Positions 60,903 to 64,000 of a stretch of 64,000 nucleotides of DNA are shown piece after piece. The number at the start of each line of letters is the position of its first letter. The stretch's first letter is position 1. The position numbers and the translations under genes are program-made. The notes under the pieces were generated by a model that saw only the letters and a list, made by a program, of their open reading frames with translations, was not told the origin of the DNA and did no database searches. The stretch is from NCBI GenBank assembly GCA_047967505.1, contig CM106538.1; one strand, given 5' to 3'. The DNA is from Dipteris shenzhenensis. Lineage: Eukaryota.

Positions 60903-63900
60903 TGTTAGAATTATAGATATAATTCAGCAGTGACCAATGTAATTTAATAAGCTAGTTAGGGGCACTTTTCCCTCTTTAAGAGGTTTTTCCCCCTAACCGC
61001 AGTTAGTCCACTAACTATGGTTAGTGACTACGAAGGTTTTGTCACTAGGACAAAACCTTATCTCACTCCTTTAGTTGTATCTCTCTCACACTCATCTATT
61101 TGCAACTAAGCTTTCAGCTCTCTCTCTCTCTCTCTCCCGTTTTCAGTTCTCACCTTTGCTCTCTCTCTCGATCTCACATTTGGTATCAGAGCAGACTAAG
61201 CTCTTGGACCATCTCCTCCTGCCCCCAGACTAGCTCTCATCTTCAGCTCCCAAGCTCTCGACGTCTCGCAGCTCCAGCTCAAGCTTCGAGCTCCATCGCC
61301 GTACAGCTCCGTACACAGGCGCCGTACGTACCTGCACCGTATTGCAGTTCCTACGCAGTAGTCGTCTGTACGATCGCCGTACATCTCGAAACAGTCTGGG
61401 CAGCACCGTACGGCTGTACAGCTTGTCACCGTACAGCTTGCAGCCCCGTACGTAACTGCGCCGTACTATTTGTTCTGTTGGTGGTATCTTCGCCGTACAG
61501 ACCGTACGGCTCCTGCACCAGATTCCATACATCGTCGCCAACCTTCGTCCGTACAACCCGCACGTGTGGCGCCATACAACATGCATCGACCGTACAGTAC
61601 GGTCATCCGTACTCTGTCGTACAGTCACCGTACCAGCAGGGCCTTCTTGCTTCATGCATCAGTTGTTTTCAATGCAGGACTTTTGAGCAGGGTTCTACTA
61701 GCAAGGTTCATTTGCAGGCACATTCTTTGCATATAGCCATTGTTTGGCTCAGCTTTGTGGGAGCACAGTTGGATTTTTTGGGCAAACATTGCAGTAAATC
61801 TGCAAGTGTTGAAGAAATTTGGGGCCTTTGCATTCACACTGCATTTTTGCAGTAAAATTTGGGGCTTTTGCAGTCAGAGCAAAATTTGTGCAGCATTTGG
61901 GGCTTTTGTTCAATTTGCCCCTTTCTGGTTGCAATTTCAGGTCTATTTTGGGGCTTTTGTGTTGGAGAAGCAATTTTGGAGATTTCACACTGCCTTTCTT
62001 GAAGTGTTTTGCAGCACTTTTGGCAGATTCTGGAGAATTTTTGATGCTTGGACAGATTTCTGACAGTGCCAGTGCAGAAATCTGAGTTGCATTTACAGCC
62101 AATGCTTGGCTGTGTTTTTTGGGAGTTATGCATTTCATTCCCAGTAAGGGAATTCAGTTTTGTATCTGCTAAAATCTCTTTTTCAGATATGGCCCAGCAA
62201 AATCAGAATGATTTCAGTTTCAGTGGTCTCTCACAAGAGGACAAGCTGGATGGTACCAACTACTCCCTCTGGAGTTTTATGGTACGCAATATTCTGATTT
62301 CTCGTAATTTGTGGGACTATGTGAGTGGGGATGAGTTTCGGCCAGCAAATGTGGCACCTAATACCCCTCCCCAATAAGGAGGAGGCAGAGGTCGTGCACA
62401 GGGTGCAGTTGCAGGATAGGTTGTTGGTGCAGCTGTAGCCACCACTCCAGAACAAAAGAGATGGGATTCACGGGATGCCTTAGCTTTGTCATGCATCTCT
62501 CTTTCAGTGAAAAGATTTATCATTCCGCATATTCGGTCGTGTAAGACCTCGAAGGCAGTGTGGGATATCTTAGAAAGCATGTATGCAGCCCGGAATGATG
62601 CAAGGGTATCTTTCTTGAAATGAGAGTTAAGTAATACACATATGGAAGAGGGTGACTCCATGTCAGTCCACCTCACAAAGCTACAGGATCTCAGAGAGCA
62701 ATTATTGAACATTGATGAGATTATTCCTGATTCAGAGATTACCACCACTCTGAATTCTCTTCCTGAGACTTATCTCAGCTTTCATACCTCGCTGAACTTA
62801 TCATTGAGGGGGGGTGCAAATCCTCTCACTTTTCATGAGTTGATAGGACTTCTGCTTCAGGAAGAGCAGACCAGGAAAAACTTGGCTTCACGTGCAAGTG
62901 AGCAAGCTATGTTGTCAAAGTTCAAGTCAAAAGGAAAGGGACAGGCAAAGACATCAGTAAATCAGCCTTCTAGTGGGTCAGGACAGCCTTCACAAAAGGC
63001 TAAGAATGATGCAAGTAAGCCCAAGAAGAAGGGTTTTTGTCATTACTGCAAAAAGCCAGGTCATCACATTGCAGAATGCAGGAAAAGGCTTGCAAAAGAG
63101 AAGAAAATCAGCTCCGGTATGGCTGTTTCAGATTCAGCTCCTCATGCATCTGACAGTGGGGATGCTGCAGCCAACTTTGTTGGACAAGATTATGCCTTTT
63201 TATCTTGCATTTCAGATTCTAGGCTGGCTGCTCCAGATGCTCGGGATAGTACAGCCACTTGTAATGATGATACATGTGCCTTTTTGACTTGCAGTTATGA
63301 TCCTTCCACGGATGCATCAGCTTTCAGTGTCAATGAAACACTGAATACTTGGTATTTTGACAGCGGTGCCTCCAAGCATATCACTTCTAGGAAGTGTCTC
63401 TTCACTTCCTTGCATCCACCTCTCGTTGGTAAGAAAGTCACTTGTGCCAACAACTCGTCATATTTAGTATGTGGTACATGAGAAGTTGAGCTTACCGCCA
63501 TTGATGGCTCAGTTTTCAGACTTTCAGATGTCTTGTATGTGCCTGGTATCACCAAGAGTCTCCTTTCACTGTCCACTCTTAACAGGGCTGGATTTCAGGT
63601 CATCTTTGAGGATGACAAATGTGCTGTCCGAGACAAAGAAAATGATTATGCCTTGAGATTATCTACTCTGCTGCGTGGGCTTTTTCAGCTTGATCTTTTT
63701 GAGAAAAGAGCAGCCCATGCTCTTGCAGTTTCTACTCCTACTGCTGCCATGCAGAATGCAGAGTTATGGCATGCCAGATATGGCCACATGCATTACAACA
63801 GCTTGATGACACTTCAGAAGCACTCTATGGTTGATGCATTGCCACCTCTTGAGATACCTCCTCCACATGCCTGTGAAGGGTGCATTTTAGGCAAGATGCA

Positions 63901-64000
63901 CACATTCCCCTTCAAAAAGGATGGTTCAATTTAAGCTGTCCAAAAATTACAGCTTATACACAGTGATGTCTGTGGTCCCATGAGGACTCCATCATTGGGT
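60903..64000 (+). mobile_element. Ty1/Copia LTR retrotransposon, 5' part (runs off the window)
   Basis: LTR 60903-61178 (TGTTAG...TCACA); perfect PBS TGGTATCAGAGC at 61181; ~1-kb leader. Confidence 0.92.
62189..64000 (+). pseudogene. gag-pol: Copia gag-pol in one reading frame with several in-frame stops
   Basis: DKLDGTNYSLWS, CHYCKKPGHHIAEC, WYFDSGASKH, LWHARYGH, CEGCILGK, LIHSDVCGP. The ORF segments at 62189, 62642 and 63533 share a frame. Confidence 0.92.

Noticed and set aside
61100-61855. 251-aa ORF
   Set aside because: Starts inside the LTR and crosses the PBS into a low-complexity leader; no recognisable domain.

Overview
Eukaryotic, land-plant-type genomic DNA. The mix of elements and microsatellites suggests a large-genome non-seed plant such as a fern, but that is inference. 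Most of the window is a nested, decayed retrotransposon landscape. It holds three Ty1/Copia elements with recognisable LTR boundaries (3512-8111, 43316-47636, 60903-end) and a rearranged Copia cluster (49105-51485). It also holds two non-autonomous LTR elements (19050-22689, 32413-34705), several Ty3/Gypsy remnants, three LINEs, a Tourist-like MITE, a nested foldback/microsatellite array (about 12-15 kb) and several tandem duplications. The only convincing host gene signal is the last two coding exons of an HDHD3-like HAD hydrolase (minus strand, 39734-40010). A decayed PIG-Q-like fragment may also be present. The most interesting object is a near full-length RTEX-like LINE (55191-60122, minus strand). 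It has an AATAAA+(CT)n tail, a 98-bp target-site duplication, and ORF1 and ORF2 in one frame separated by a single TAG. A perfect 14-nt complementarity, extendable by 7 bp, links the sequence just after that TAG to the element's 3' terminus 3.8 kb away, making it a candidate long-range RNA switch controlling ORF2 translation. All protein identifications come from motif recognition by eye; no searches were run.
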